DNA of 64,000 bases from an uncultured delta proteobacterium (GTDB taxonomy: Bacteria > Desulfobacterota > Binatia > UBA9968), in contig CAWJBB010000041.1 in NCBI GenBank assembly GCA_963840855.1, positions 224,001 through 288,000 on the forward strand, read 5' to 3'. Positions 1 through 9,106 of this stretch are shown piece after piece. A model generated the notes under the pieces. The model worked only from the letters and a program-made list of their open reading frames with translations. It made no database searches and was not told the DNA's origin. Made by a program: the position numbers and the translations under genes. Within the stretch, counting starts at the first letter, position 1. Every line of letters starts with the position of its first letter.

Positions 1-1
1 T

Positions 2-175
2 GTCCGCAAAGCCATCAAGGCGAAACCTGAACCCCGGCTAGTTGCCACCGTCGGTAAATACACCCTCGAGCGCACCATCAAGCGCGAACTTACCGGCTAT
101 CTCATCACCAAAAAGGCTCTGGATAATTACCAGGTCTCAGAGCGCCACCTTTACGCTGGAAAAAAAACTGAATAA
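2..175 (+). CDS. 3' end of a small basic hypothetical protein (partial)
   Basis: Open frame VRKAIKAKPEPRLVATVGKYTLERTIKRELTGYLITKKALDNYQVSERHLYAGKKTE ending in TAA at 173-175; start lies outside the window. Confidence 0.5.
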   Translation, partial: VRKAIKAKPEPRLVATVGKYTLERTIKRELTGYLITKKALDNYQVSERHLYAGKKTE

Positions 176-259
176 CGGTTGAGTTTGCACTACAAACCAA
201 CGGTTGACACTGCAACGCGAACCGTAGTAAACTTCTAGGCATTCCAAAGGGGGTGCCTA

Positions 260-2266
260 ATGATTTCAACCTGCCAGCGTTTAATCGATGAGACGGACCG
301 CTTGATAGCCGCCAACGCCGCGGCGATAGCGGCACTCAGGAAACTATGGTCCGCAACTATCATCGGGATCCTGCTTCTTTTCGTATCGTCCGCACACGCC
401 CAGCAATCCATTGTCACTGCCGAGTATGCCCGCGGCAATCAGCAAATCACATACATTCTTGACGAGGATGTTTTCCAACCGGGCGATTTCGTCGTCGTGG
501 GAATCTGGCGCTGGGTAAACAACGCGCCCGTTTTTGGCATGTGGTTATCGTCCGAGTGGGCGCAGCCCGGCACTAGCCATTATACTTTTGCAGCATTGAG
601 CGGGGAGAACAGCAACGTCCTCATGTCCGTTGAGACCTGGAACGGCGATCAACGTAAAGACATGGCGTGGTTCTGGGTAATGCAGCCGAACAATAGGGGC
701 GATCTGAATTTTGCAAAAGGACGGGAGCGGATCGAGAATGGCTCGTATTTGAGCATTCAATTGCTCGGAATGAACTATGTCACTCACCCGGGCGAGATCA
801 TGGGGAAGTTGGTGGGCATCACCTATCTCCAAAACGCCAGCGGCTGCTATCCATCCCTATGGATTGACGACGATAAAGTAGCGCAAGGAGCAACAGTGCC
901 ATGCGGGTCGAATCAAAACCTGGTTGTTTTTACTGCAAGCCAAACAGGCAGACAACGAGAAGATCGGCGCAACATCGTGGCATCTGGCCACCACGGTTTG
1001 GTGCTCCGCATGTTACCAACGACTCCTGGCGTGGCGCGGTTTATAAAAGGCAAAAGAGACTGGTGGGAGAGGCACTACGGCACCAGCAACAGTGAAGTGT
1101 CGAAGCGGTATATTCTTGCTCTAGTAGGATATCTCTATTATTCGGCCAAGGGCGAAGCCGAGTTAAATATAGCGGCTAGAACCGGAGGATCTTACCGGAC
1201 CTGGCTGTCCTCGGCGCTGGTAAGCAATCCCAATCCAAGCACGACGTTCATGGACGTCCGAAGTCCTGGCATTTCAGGGGGGAATGGCGATTTCTGGAAT
1301 GCTTCGGGCTGGGTTAGTTCACGATTAGAATCGTCGGTCATTTCAGACACTATGGGAACCGATGCCGTATCAACCGTACGCCTGCTTGAAGCGGCGAAGA
1401 AAAAGAATGAGCCGATCTATCAGATCGATCCCTTCGGATCGATTCCTACCGCCAATCTTGTCTCCGGTGGCTGGCAACAAGGCGAGCTTGTTTTGCTGCA
1501 CCAATGGGTAAACGCGGGATGGTCAGCCATGGTTCCCGCCAGAGTTCAACAAATAGGGAGCTGGCGCGGGATCGGGATGTATATTTACGATATCCCCTCG
1601 GGCTACGGAGCCGCAATCATCAGCGGCAACTTAGGCTCACGAACAGGCAAGAAACCCATCGTGATTCGGGGAGGGTTTAAGGCCAGCACCTCGCCGTTGA
1701 CTGCCGCTCTATTCGAGCCGGGGCTCAATGCAATGGACGTGGGGGACTTCAATTACTTCGGAGGTTGGGCAGATGGCTATATCCAGGAGGCTGCGGCGAG
1801 CTTTCGTGATCTTTCCATGGACATTGAAACGGGGGTTCAAATTGCCGTTGGCCCGCTTGTTGTCGGGCTGGTACGAGGAATACTCCTTGTGGCACCGGAA
1901 GCCCCCGCGGCGCTGGCTTACATAGCATCGCGAGGTTGGTTTCAGCAGGGATACCTTAGCTTTTCGACGTTCAAGCGGATATTAGGAACGGTTCCTCAAA
2001 CACAGTGGCATCATATCGTGCGCCAATATCCCGACAACATTGTTAGATTCGGTTACGAGCAAATCCATCACCCGATGAATTTGATACGCTTGCCAGACTC
2101 TGTTCATTCGGCGATAACTACTTTTTACCGCCATCCACGGCCGGAATTAACCGGAACGGCGGAAGTGCTCAACACTTGGATCTTGAAACAGTCCTATCAG
2201 GTGCAATATGAAATCGGGATAAGGGTTTTGCAGTTGCAGGGCGTCACGAATCTCCCAAGGCCATAA
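260..2266 (+). CDS. Secreted polymorphic-toxin-like protein with C-terminal HNH/EndoVII-type nuclease
   Basis: Signal-peptide-like TIIGILLLFVSSAHA. Central AVSTVRLL..PIYQI..W.GIG..D..SG.GA.IISG segment resembles the conserved pre-toxin region of Rhs/transglutaminase-type toxins. C-terminal WHHIV..IHHPMNLIRL...H motif. Confidence 0.7.
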   Translation: MISTCQRLIDETDRLIAANAAAIAALRKLWSATIIGILLLFVSSAHAQQSIVTAEYARGNQQITYILDEDVFQPGDFVVVGIWRWVNNAPVFGMWLSSEWAQPGTSHYTFAALSGENSNVLMSVETWNGDQRKDMAWFWVMQPNNRGDLNFAKGRERIENGSYLSIQLLGMNYVTHPGEIMGKLVGITYLQNASGCYPSLWIDDDKVAQGATVPCGSNQNLVVFTASQTGRQREDRRNIVASGHHGLVLRMLPTTPGVARFIKGKRDWWERHYGTSNSEVSKRYILALVGYLYYSAKGEAELNIAARTGGSYRTWLSSALVSNPNPSTTFMDVRSPGISGGNGDFWNASGWVSSRLESSVISDTMGTDAVSTVRLLEAAKKKNEPIYQIDPFGSIPTANLVSGGWQQGELVLLHQWVNAGWSAMVPARVQQIGSWRGIGMYIYDIPSGYGAAIISGNLGSRTGKKPIVIRGGFKASTSPLTAALFEPGLNAMDVGDFNYFGGWADGYIQEAAASFRDLSMDIETGVQIAVGPLVVGLVRGILLVAPEAPAALAYIASRGWFQQGYLSFSTFKRILGTVPQTQWHHIVRQYPDNIVRFGYEQIHHPMNLIRLPDSVHSAITTFYRHPRPELTGTAEVLNTWILKQSYQVQYEIGIRVLQLQGVTNLPRP

Positions 2267-2280
2267 AAAGGAGGACACAA

Positions 2281-2583
2281 ATGAAAAAGTTATCTGAAAA
2301 GCAAGAGCAAGAACGAGAGATGAAGCTAGGCTTAAAACGACAAGCGTGGATGCTCAAAGACGCTGCTCAGGTTCAAGCAAAAACGGACAAGGGAATTGCT
2401 GATGCCGTAGAGCGGCTCAAAGAGAAATCCGAGTCTGAGATCAGGGAAGTCTACAACGAAGCATCTAGCGAATATGCGCAATGGCATATTAAAGACCCAG
2501 TGAAGGCTCAACCGGCGATGCACATCATATTCGCCTGCAAAACGATTCTAGGAGATAAACTAGAAGTGAAGTGGCCATCATAG
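2281..2583 (+). CDS. Putative immunity protein (100 aa)
   Basis: Starts 14 bp after the toxin stop, with a strong RBS (AAGGAGG). Function inferred from position only. Confidence 0.55.
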   Translation: MKKLSEKQEQEREMKLGLKRQAWMLKDAAQVQAKTDKGIADAVERLKEKSESEIREVYNEASSEYAQWHIKDPVKAQPAMHIIFACKTILGDKLEVKWPS

Positions 2584-2613
2584 AGCCGCGTCACCGCGAG
2601 ACGTAATTGATCT

Positions 2614-2739
2614 TCATGCCCGCGAACCCTCGCCGCCGGCGAGGGTCTTTTTCTTGTCCCGTTTCCGTTCTGCCTTTCTCTGAGCGCGGAGCTTTTTCGT
2701 AAGTTCGCGGTCTCTTTTTTTCAAGCTTTGCTTGTCCAT
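2614..2739 (-). CDS. Small Lys/Arg-rich hypothetical protein (41 aa)
   Basis: MDKQSLKKRDRELTKKLRAQRKAERKRDKKK..., preceded by a GGGAGGA RBS. Confidence 0.4.
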   Translation of the reverse strand: MDKQSLKKRDRELTKKLRAQRKAERKRDKKKTLAGGEGSRA

Positions 2740-2762
2740 GATTCCTCCCATCGGGGTTTGAC

Positions 2763-2950
2763 CCCCCCTATCTGAAATTCGCGGCCGCCGGAATCGCCTA
2801 TTTTGGAGCCCAATTGGAAGCGCGCTTCCAGTACGAACATCCAACTGGCGCCCGTGCGCATCGCCGCTCGAAACACGCCGGCATTGGCTCATAGCATGAG
2901 CCAATTGACTCTCATCGGCTATTAAGCCCCCCTATGCTAAATTCGCGGCC
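2763..2950. repeat. 24-bp direct repeat pair; candidate cos/packaging region
   Basis: CCCCCCTATCTGAAATTCGCGGCC (2763-2786) and CCCCCCTATGCTAAATTCGCGGCC (2927-2950), 21/24 identical, with palindromes between them. Confidence 0.6.
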
Positions 2951-3162
2951 ATGCGCGCGTGATTGCCAACCGGTCTACAAATAATTTTGGCGTCGAGTTT
3001 GGACCGGCGCCGGCTCATTTCAATATTTCCTTTACTTTTCGCTGAACTAACTCTGCATTCGACTGCCAATCGGTCTCCGTTGGAGGCGGCCTCTAGTTTG
3101 GCGGCCACCTCGGTTATGCGTTAACGCATAAAAGCCAACCCGCAGATGTCTCCGGGTTGGAA

Positions 3163-4443
3163 TTATGGCGTGATCCCGGTCACCATCGCGAAACTTTCCG
3201 GATGCTCAAGCCCGATGTCGGCTCGCAGGTGCGCAAGGAATCCATATTGAAGATTCGCCGCGTACAGTTCGCGCAATACTTCGATACGCAACTGTGTCCG
3301 GATCCCGATCATGAGTTTACTGAAATCGCCCAGGATGATCCTGCTTGCCGTGCCCGGTGCCTCGGTGATTGACAGGCTAGTAGTCTGCATGAAAGGAACA
3401 GCCCTAAGCACTTCCGGTTTTTCCAACGGCGCGTTGGTCGTTGTTTCTTTCAGCTTCGCGAGCGTCGCAAGGGTGCGCGGGTGCATGATGGCGACATTTA
3501 CGACTGGCGAATTATCGACCCAGCATTCGTACATCGCGTCAATGATCTTGTCATAGTTCGCCAGCGCGCCGGCCGCTGCCACGCTGCCGACATTGGTTGT
3601 TGTGCTAATCCCCCGCGGCTCGGGTGGTGTGCCTGTGCCGATCAATGCAACGCGATCAAGCTCCCTGCTAAGACCGCCCAGGAGCGCGGCCGTCAACATG
3701 TCTTCGATGTTCACGCTATCCTCGACCAACTCCCTGGAAACTTTCACCATGACAGCGAGCGACCGCGGTATAAACACAACGCCCTCATAGGTGTTGTCCA
3801 CGATATCAACCGCGGCATTCTCCAGGCGCCATCCGGCCGCTGGGTCGGTCGCTATGCGTGCGATGGTCGTCTTGTCCGAGGTCAGCGGTACAGTCTTCGC
3901 CCCGGCGCGAATCGTTACCGTCGCCGCTCGAAGCCTATCAATAAAGCGACTTAACACGATGTCAGGCACCGAATAACCGCCGGCGCTGTCCGTGCCTTCA
4001 GCCAGTGCGCGCTTCTCCAAGTCCGTCTTCGCCCCGGTCACCATGGAGCGGAGAAAAGCCCCGATGGTGAGTTCCTTGTATTCGGGCTGGCGAATAAGCC
4101 CGCGGGTCTCCATAAACCTTTGGACGGATCGGTTAGGCGCCAGTACGTGGCCTTGTTCGATTTCAGGCACCGGCGCTGCCAAATCGCCAAAGATCGAGTT
4201 AACGGTTGGCAGACCACCAACGGCGCCACCATGCGCCAGCGCTACCACTTCCGCTTCCCGGGCCTCATCCGCCTCGAGCTGGAGAATCTCATGCCCAACT
4301 GCATCCATCCGAAGGTTGATCCCTCCATACTCGGTTTTCTCATCGATGGTCATCTCGCGGTCCTTCGCCGCGTTCAGAAGCTTCGTTGCCTGATCGTAAA
4401 GGGTCACTTTTTCTTGCCGTAGCTCAACACTTTTCATGCTCAT
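3163..4443 (-). CDS. Phage major capsid protein, HK97 family
   Basis: N-terminal coiled-coil (delta-like) region; motifs GGYSVP, VKVSRELVEDS, ALIGTG..EPRGI, IILGDFS, R.DIGLEHPESFA. Confidence 0.92.
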   Translation of the reverse strand: MSMKSVELRQEKVTLYDQATKLLNAAKDREMTIDEKTEYGGINLRMDAVGHEILQLEADEAREAEVVALAHGGAVGGLPTVNSIFGDLAAPVPEIEQGHVLAPNRSVQRFMETRGLIRQPEYKELTIGAFLRSMVTGAKTDLEKRALAEGTDSAGGYSVPDIVLSRFIDRLRAATVTIRAGAKTVPLTSDKTTIARIATDPAAGWRLENAAVDIVDNTYEGVVFIPRSLAVMVKVSRELVEDSVNIEDMLTAALLGGLSRELDRVALIGTGTPPEPRGISTTTNVGSVAAAGALANYDKIIDAMYECWVDNSPVVNVAIMHPRTLATLAKLKETTTNAPLEKPEVLRAVPFMQTTSLSITEAPGTASRIILGDFSKLMIGIRTQLRIEVLRELYAANLQYGFLAHLRADIGLEHPESFAMVTGITP

Positions 4444-4628
4444 TTCCAGACTCCTTTGTGGTTACCAGCGAGCCGGTGAAGGGAGTCTGGTTTTAACGAT
4501 GTTTCATGCTCGAGCGGGGCCTTACGGGAGCGCTCGGGCGATTTTTCTTGCTGATCTATTTCTCTTTCCAGCGCGACGTCGATCGCGTGTATGTGGCGCC
4601 GGATCTCTTTGATGGTTTCCAGTTTCAT
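4440..4628 (-). CDS. Small hypothetical protein (62 aa), coupled to the capsid gene
   Basis: MKLETIKEIRRH...; its stop overlaps the capsid ATG (ATGA). Confidence 0.5.
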   Translation of the reverse strand: MKLETIKEIRRHIHAIDVALEREIDQQEKSPERSRKAPLEHETSLKPDSLHRLAGNHKGVWK

Positions 4629-4629
4629 C

Positions 4630-4968
4630 TCAATGAATAGTCTCGGCGTGCTCTGGCGCGCGCCGTTTGATTTCCTCATCGCACAACGCCAGAATCGCCG
4701 TGCATACCGCAACCGTCTTGAAATACCGCTGGACTTCTTTGCATTCCGCGATTCCGTACATGATGCCGGCGAGGACTTTGATTTCCTTGTCATTCACGTC
4801 CTGATATTTAAGCGGCTGTATCTCCGGCCCGACTTCTCCGGCTTGTCTCGCCGCCCATTCCTGACTCAAGCCAATGAATAACTGACGCGCCAATGGATTG
4901 CCGTCGAATGCCGGATGCCTCACTGCGCTTAACAAGAGTTCGAGCCCTTCGATTTCAATGTCGAGCAT
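4630..4968 (-). CDS. Hypothetical protein (112 aa)
   Basis: MLDIEIEGLELL... with a purine-rich RBS; first gene of the minus-strand operon leading to the capsid gene. Confidence 0.6.
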   Translation of the reverse strand: MLDIEIEGLELLLSAVRHPAFDGNPLARQLFIGLSQEWAARQAGEVGPEIQPLKYQDVNDKEIKVLAGIMYGIAECKEVQRYFKTVAVCTAILALCDEEIKRRAPEHAETIH

Positions 4969-5115
4969 GGGCCTTTTCCCTTTCCTCGCTTGTACAGGTT
5001 CTGTCCAGGTTCGATAGCCAACTATAACCAAAAACAAACAAGTGAGAGAGTATGAAAGAGCGATGTTTACTGTTGGAAAATGGCGGTGGTGTGCTATAGA
5101 TTGAGTGTTCGCAGA

Positions 5116-5179
<64 letters not shown>

Positions 5180-5252
5180 GGATAGGCAATAGGCGTGAGG
5201 CAATAGACAAAAGCAATAGTAGGATAGCTGAACCATTCCCTGTTGCCTTTTT

Positions 5253-5386
5253 GGGGATGTCGATTGCTGATAGTTAGGTCCCGTGCAAGGCGGCACCGTG
5301 AACCCCGTCAGGTCCGGAAGGAAGCAGCGGTAACGGAAGCACCCCTGTGCCACGGGGTAACCTGGCTGTCAGCAATGGGCATCCCC
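5253..5386 (+). ncRNA. ffs: Signal recognition particle RNA (small bacterial SRP)
   Basis: Conserved core TCAGGTCCGGAAGGAAGCAGC inside a long hairpin (GGGGATG...CATCCCC), upstream of dnaX. Confidence 0.95.
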
Positions 5387-5469
5387 GCCCTCGCTCTGCT
5401 CGGGATTTCAGATCGCAGATTTCAAATTTGCGATTTGAGATCCGACATTTGAGATTCCCGAAGGGATTT

Positions 5470-7086
5470 ATGTCCTATTTAGTCGTCGCCAGAAAGTGGC
5501 GTCCTCAGAATTTTGAAGATATTGCGGGTCAAGCCCATATCACGCGCACGCTGCAAAACGCCATCCGGACCAACCGCGTCGCCCACGCGTATCTATTTAC
5601 CGGCGTGCGCGGTGTGGGCAAGACCACCGCCGCCCGCATTCTCGCCAAAGCGCTCAACTGCGAAAAAGGGCCGGCGGCGACGCCCTGTAACCAGTGCAGC
5701 GTCTGCGCCGAGATCACCAGCGGCAACTGCTTTGATGTCTTGGAGATCGACGGCGCCTCGAACCGCGGCATCGACGAAGTGCGCCAGATTATCGAGAACG
5801 TCCGTTACCAGCCGGCCAAATGCCGATTTAAGATCTACATCATCGACGAGGTGCACCAGGTCACCAAGGACGCTTTCAACGCGCTTTTGAAGACCTTGGA
5901 AGAGCCGCCGCCGTCGGTGAAGTTCATTCTTGCCACCACCGAACCGCACCGCCTGCCGGAAACGATTCTGTCGCGCTGCCAGCGTCACGATTTTCGTCGG
6001 ATCGCGCTGCGCGAGATCGTCGAGCGGCTCGGTGAGATCGCCAAGAGCGAAGGATTGGCGATCACCGAAGGCGCCCTGGTGCTTTTGGCGCGTGAAGCCG
6101 ACGGCAGCATGCGCGACGCGCAGTCCTTGTTGGAACAGGTTCTGGCTAGCGCCGGCCCGTCATCACCCGTCGAGGAACGGTCGCTGCAAGAAATGCTCGG
6201 TCTCGCCGAACGGCGCGCGCTTTACGAACTTTCATCCGCGGTGATCGAAGGTCATGCGGGGCGCTGTCTGGAATTGCTCGCCGCGCTGTTTGCCGAAGGG
6301 CGCGATCTTTCCCGTTTGTCGCGTGATCTGGTCGAGCACTTTCGCAATCTCATGGTTGCCCGCCTAGGGGATCATGACCAGGCTTCCAACAGCGGCGGCC
6401 CGCTGCTCGATCTGCCCGATCAGGAGATCGACGATTTGAGGGCGCAGGTCAAGGACCTGTCGGTTGAAACGCTAGTGGATTACTTCGACTTCATGGCCGC
6501 CGGCGACGACGAAGTGACGCGTTCGCCCAATCCGCGATTTGCTTTGGAAGCGGTCATGGTCAAGTTAGCGACGCTCCCCAAAACGCTGCCGGTAAACGAG
6601 CTGCTAGAACGCTTGGAGGGGTTGGAAAAAAAACTCGCCGGGCGGCCGGTAGCCCCACCGGCAACGCCGAAGGAAGCGCCTGCGCCGGTCAGGGCGGCTG
6701 AGCACCGAGCCAACATCGCGCCTGCTGCGCTGCCGGGCGAAGCCTCGCCGAGCCCGAGTAGCCGGCAACCTGCGCCGGCCCAGCCGGTCGTTTCGGGTGA
6801 CAAAGAAGAAATGTGGCGTCATTTTGTTGCAACGGTACGTAGGGAAAAGAGGTTTTTGGCGTCACATCTCGATGGCGCGAAGGTGCTGGATCTGGCTCCC
6901 GGACGCCTCTCGATCGGCGTAGGCGAACGTCTTGAACTCAGCTCTTTGCTGGACACGGAAAATTTCGCGTCCCTTAAGAATATAGCGAAACAGTTTTTCT
7001 CCGAAGACGTCGCCATTGAAGTGAAACTCATCGCGGAAAGTCCGGCGGCAAATGACCCGATAGCCCACGGACCCTACGACGGTTAG
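5470..7086 (+). CDS. dnaX: DNA polymerase III subunit gamma/tau
   Basis: MSYLVVARKWRPQ, Walker A GVRGVGKTT, Zn-finger cysteines, EIDGASN, IIDEVH, SRCQ. The extreme C-terminus may be cut by an indel near 7080. Confidence 0.97.
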   Translation: MSYLVVARKWRPQNFEDIAGQAHITRTLQNAIRTNRVAHAYLFTGVRGVGKTTAARILAKALNCEKGPAATPCNQCSVCAEITSGNCFDVLEIDGASNRGIDEVRQIIENVRYQPAKCRFKIYIIDEVHQVTKDAFNALLKTLEEPPPSVKFILATTEPHRLPETILSRCQRHDFRRIALREIVERLGEIAKSEGLAITEGALVLLAREADGSMRDAQSLLEQVLASAGPSSPVEERSLQEMLGLAERRALYELSSAVIEGHAGRCLELLAALFAEGRDLSRLSRDLVEHFRNLMVARLGDHDQASNSGGPLLDLPDQEIDDLRAQVKDLSVETLVDYFDFMAAGDDEVTRSPNPRFALEAVMVKLATLPKTLPVNELLERLEGLEKKLAGRPVAPPATPKEAPAPVRAAEHRANIAPAALPGEASPSPSSRQPAPAQPVVSGDKEEMWRHFVATVRREKRFLASHLDGAKVLDLAPGRLSIGVGERLELSSLLDTENFASLKNIAKQFFSEDVAIEVKLIAESPAANDPIAHGPYDG

Positions 7087-7218
7087 CGGCCGCCGAGCAA
7101 CTAAGCGACATGGCGAACGAGACACTCCGCATATTTCCTGGGCGTCGGTACGTTCGGTGCGGCGCGAGGGCGGAGAACCGTAGCGATCAGGTCGCGAGCA
7201 ACGGCAAGGAGAAGTTCC

Positions 7219-7545
7219 ATGGCACAGAGTTTCGGCGGCATGGGCGATTTACTCAAGCAGGCTCAGGAAATGCAGGGGCGTATCGCCAAGATCCAGGAAG
7301 AGCTCGGGCAAAAGACCGTGGAAGGATCGGCGGGCGGCGGCATGGTGCAGGTCACCATTAACGGCCAGTTCAATCTCACCGCCGTCAAGATCGAACCATC
7401 AGTTATCAATCCAGCGGAAAAAGAAATGCTGGAGGACTTGATTGTGGCGGCGGTGAACGATGGCATGCGCAAAGCGCGTGACATGGTTTCAACCGAGATG
7501 AGCAAGATCACCGGCGGATTCAAGATTCCCGGGCTTATGCCGTGA
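7219..7545 (+). CDS. ybaB: Nucleoid-associated protein YbaB/EbfC
   Basis: VEGSAGGGMVQV and EMLEDLIVAAVND; dnaX-ybaB-recR synteny. Confidence 0.95.
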   Translation: MAQSFGGMGDLLKQAQEMQGRIAKIQEELGQKTVEGSAGGGMVQVTINGQFNLTAVKIEPSVINPAEKEMLEDLIVAAVNDGMRKARDMVSTEMSKITGGFKIPGLMP

Positions 7546-7764
7546 TCCCAGCCGTTGGCATCGCAAATTCCAGCGCGGCGGCGCCGTGTCGCGGGTTCAA
7601 GGCGTTCAAGATGTTCAAGCCGTTACAGATATCCGAAATCTACTTGAATGATTGGAACGTTTGGAACATACGAAAGCGGGAGCGGTGGGTAATCCAGAGT
7701 ACGAATACGAAGCTTGCAATATGAAATCTAAAATCTGCCATTCCGAGCGAAGCGAGGACGCGCC

Positions 7765-8385
7765 GTGACGACTTACCCCGGGCCGCTGGCGCGTTTGATT
7801 CAAGAGCTTTCAAAGCTGCCGGGCATCGGTGAAAAGACCGCGGCGCGGCTGGCCTTTCATATGCTCAAGGGCAAAAAGGAGGATGTTTTCGCGCTCGCCG
7901 ATAGCATCGGCAAATTGCGCAGCGAGATCGGCCTTTGCCGGCGCTGTTTTGGTTTCAGCGAAGTGGAACCGCGCAACGGCGAAACAGCCCTCTGTGGGAT
8001 CTGCCGTAGCGCGGAGCGCGAGCAGGACAAGATATGCGTTGTCGAAGAGCCGGCGGATCTGATTGCTGTAGAAAAATCGCAAGAGTACCGAGGCCTCTAC
8101 CACGTGCTCCACGGCACCATCTCGCCGCTCGATGGCATTGGCCCGGACGCTTTGCGGATCAAAGAGTTGATTGACCGGCTTGGCGACCATTCGGTGCAAG
8201 AGGTCATCGTCGCCACCAATCCCACCATGGATGGCGAGGCGACAGCGCTTTATTTATCGAAGGTCATCAAACCGTTGGGCGTCGCCGTGACGCGCATCGC
8301 GCGCGGTCTGCCGATGGGCGGCGATCTCGAATACACGGATGCGGTCACGCTTGGCAAGGCCCTCGAAGGGCGGCGGGCGATTTGA
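7765..8385 (+). CDS. recR: Recombination mediator RecR
   Basis: LPGIGEKTAARLA, C4 zinc finger, TOPRIM motifs ATNPTMDGEATA and GGDLEYTD. Confidence 0.97.
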   Translation: MTTYPGPLARLIQELSKLPGIGEKTAARLAFHMLKGKKEDVFALADSIGKLRSEIGLCRRCFGFSEVEPRNGETALCGICRSAEREQDKICVVEEPADLIAVEKSQEYRGLYHVLHGTISPLDGIGPDALRIKELIDRLGDHSVQEVIVATNPTMDGEATALYLSKVIKPLGVAVTRIARGLPMGGDLEYTDAVTLGKALEGRRAI

Positions 8386-8391
8386 GCGCTT

Positions 8392-8679
8392 ATGGGCAAG
8401 CTGCTTTACATTCTGTTCCTGGCATTATCCGGTTGCATGGCCTTAGGTCGGGACTTTGCGACAACTCCCGTGCGCAATATTCAAAACAATATCACGACGC
8501 AAAATGAAGTTTTTGCCAACTTCGGCGAGCCGGCGCGCCGCGGATTGGAGAACGGCTTCGAGACCTGGACCTATTTCTACCAGTATTACCAACTCGCCCA
8601 GCTCAAAGACTCAAAAGAGCTTCATATCGTATTCAATAAAGACAAGACGGTGCTGAGCTATTCCTTCACCGCCCGCTGA
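8392..8679 (+). CDS. Small lipoprotein, SmpA/BamE-like
   Basis: Lipobox LSGC; TQNEV..FGEP...ETWTY pattern. Confidence 0.65.
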   Translation: MGKLLYILFLALSGCMALGRDFATTPVRNIQNNITTQNEVFANFGEPARRGLENGFETWTYFYQYYQLAQLKDSKELHIVFNKDKTVLSYSFTAR

Positions 8680-9106
8680 ACCCGCGCGCATCCTGGGACG
8701 AACGTGTTCGGGGAGCGGACCATTGTCGTTATTCAACGTTTCGAACAGAGCGCCGCCGTTGAACGATTTGAACTACTGGAACCAGCGGTTTCCTAGCCGC
8801 TGATTACGTTGAACTTTGAACGAGCGTTGATCCGATGACGACTTGAACGGCTTGAACGTTCCGCTTCTTACTATTGCCTGTTGCCTCACGCCTTGTGGCT
8901 GCCTGGGGGCCCCTGCGCTCCGAGTTGCCATGATGCTAGCTTAGCTAGACCCCGTAGTTCTACGAGGTTTCTTTTACAAGCGCGCGTTTTCTAATGTCGG
9001 TGACTTCCCAATTTTGCTTTGTATTTCTTTGTGTCGGTTGTTGCTAGGCGGTAAAGTTGCTAAGTCTCGCCCGGGTAGGTGCGTTCACATATACCGAGGA
9101 GAACTC

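Noticed and set aside
7595-8860. CRISPR array suggested by GTTCAA/TTGAAC motifs
   Set aside because: Units are 7-9 nt with no 25-45-nt spacers, and no cas genes are present.
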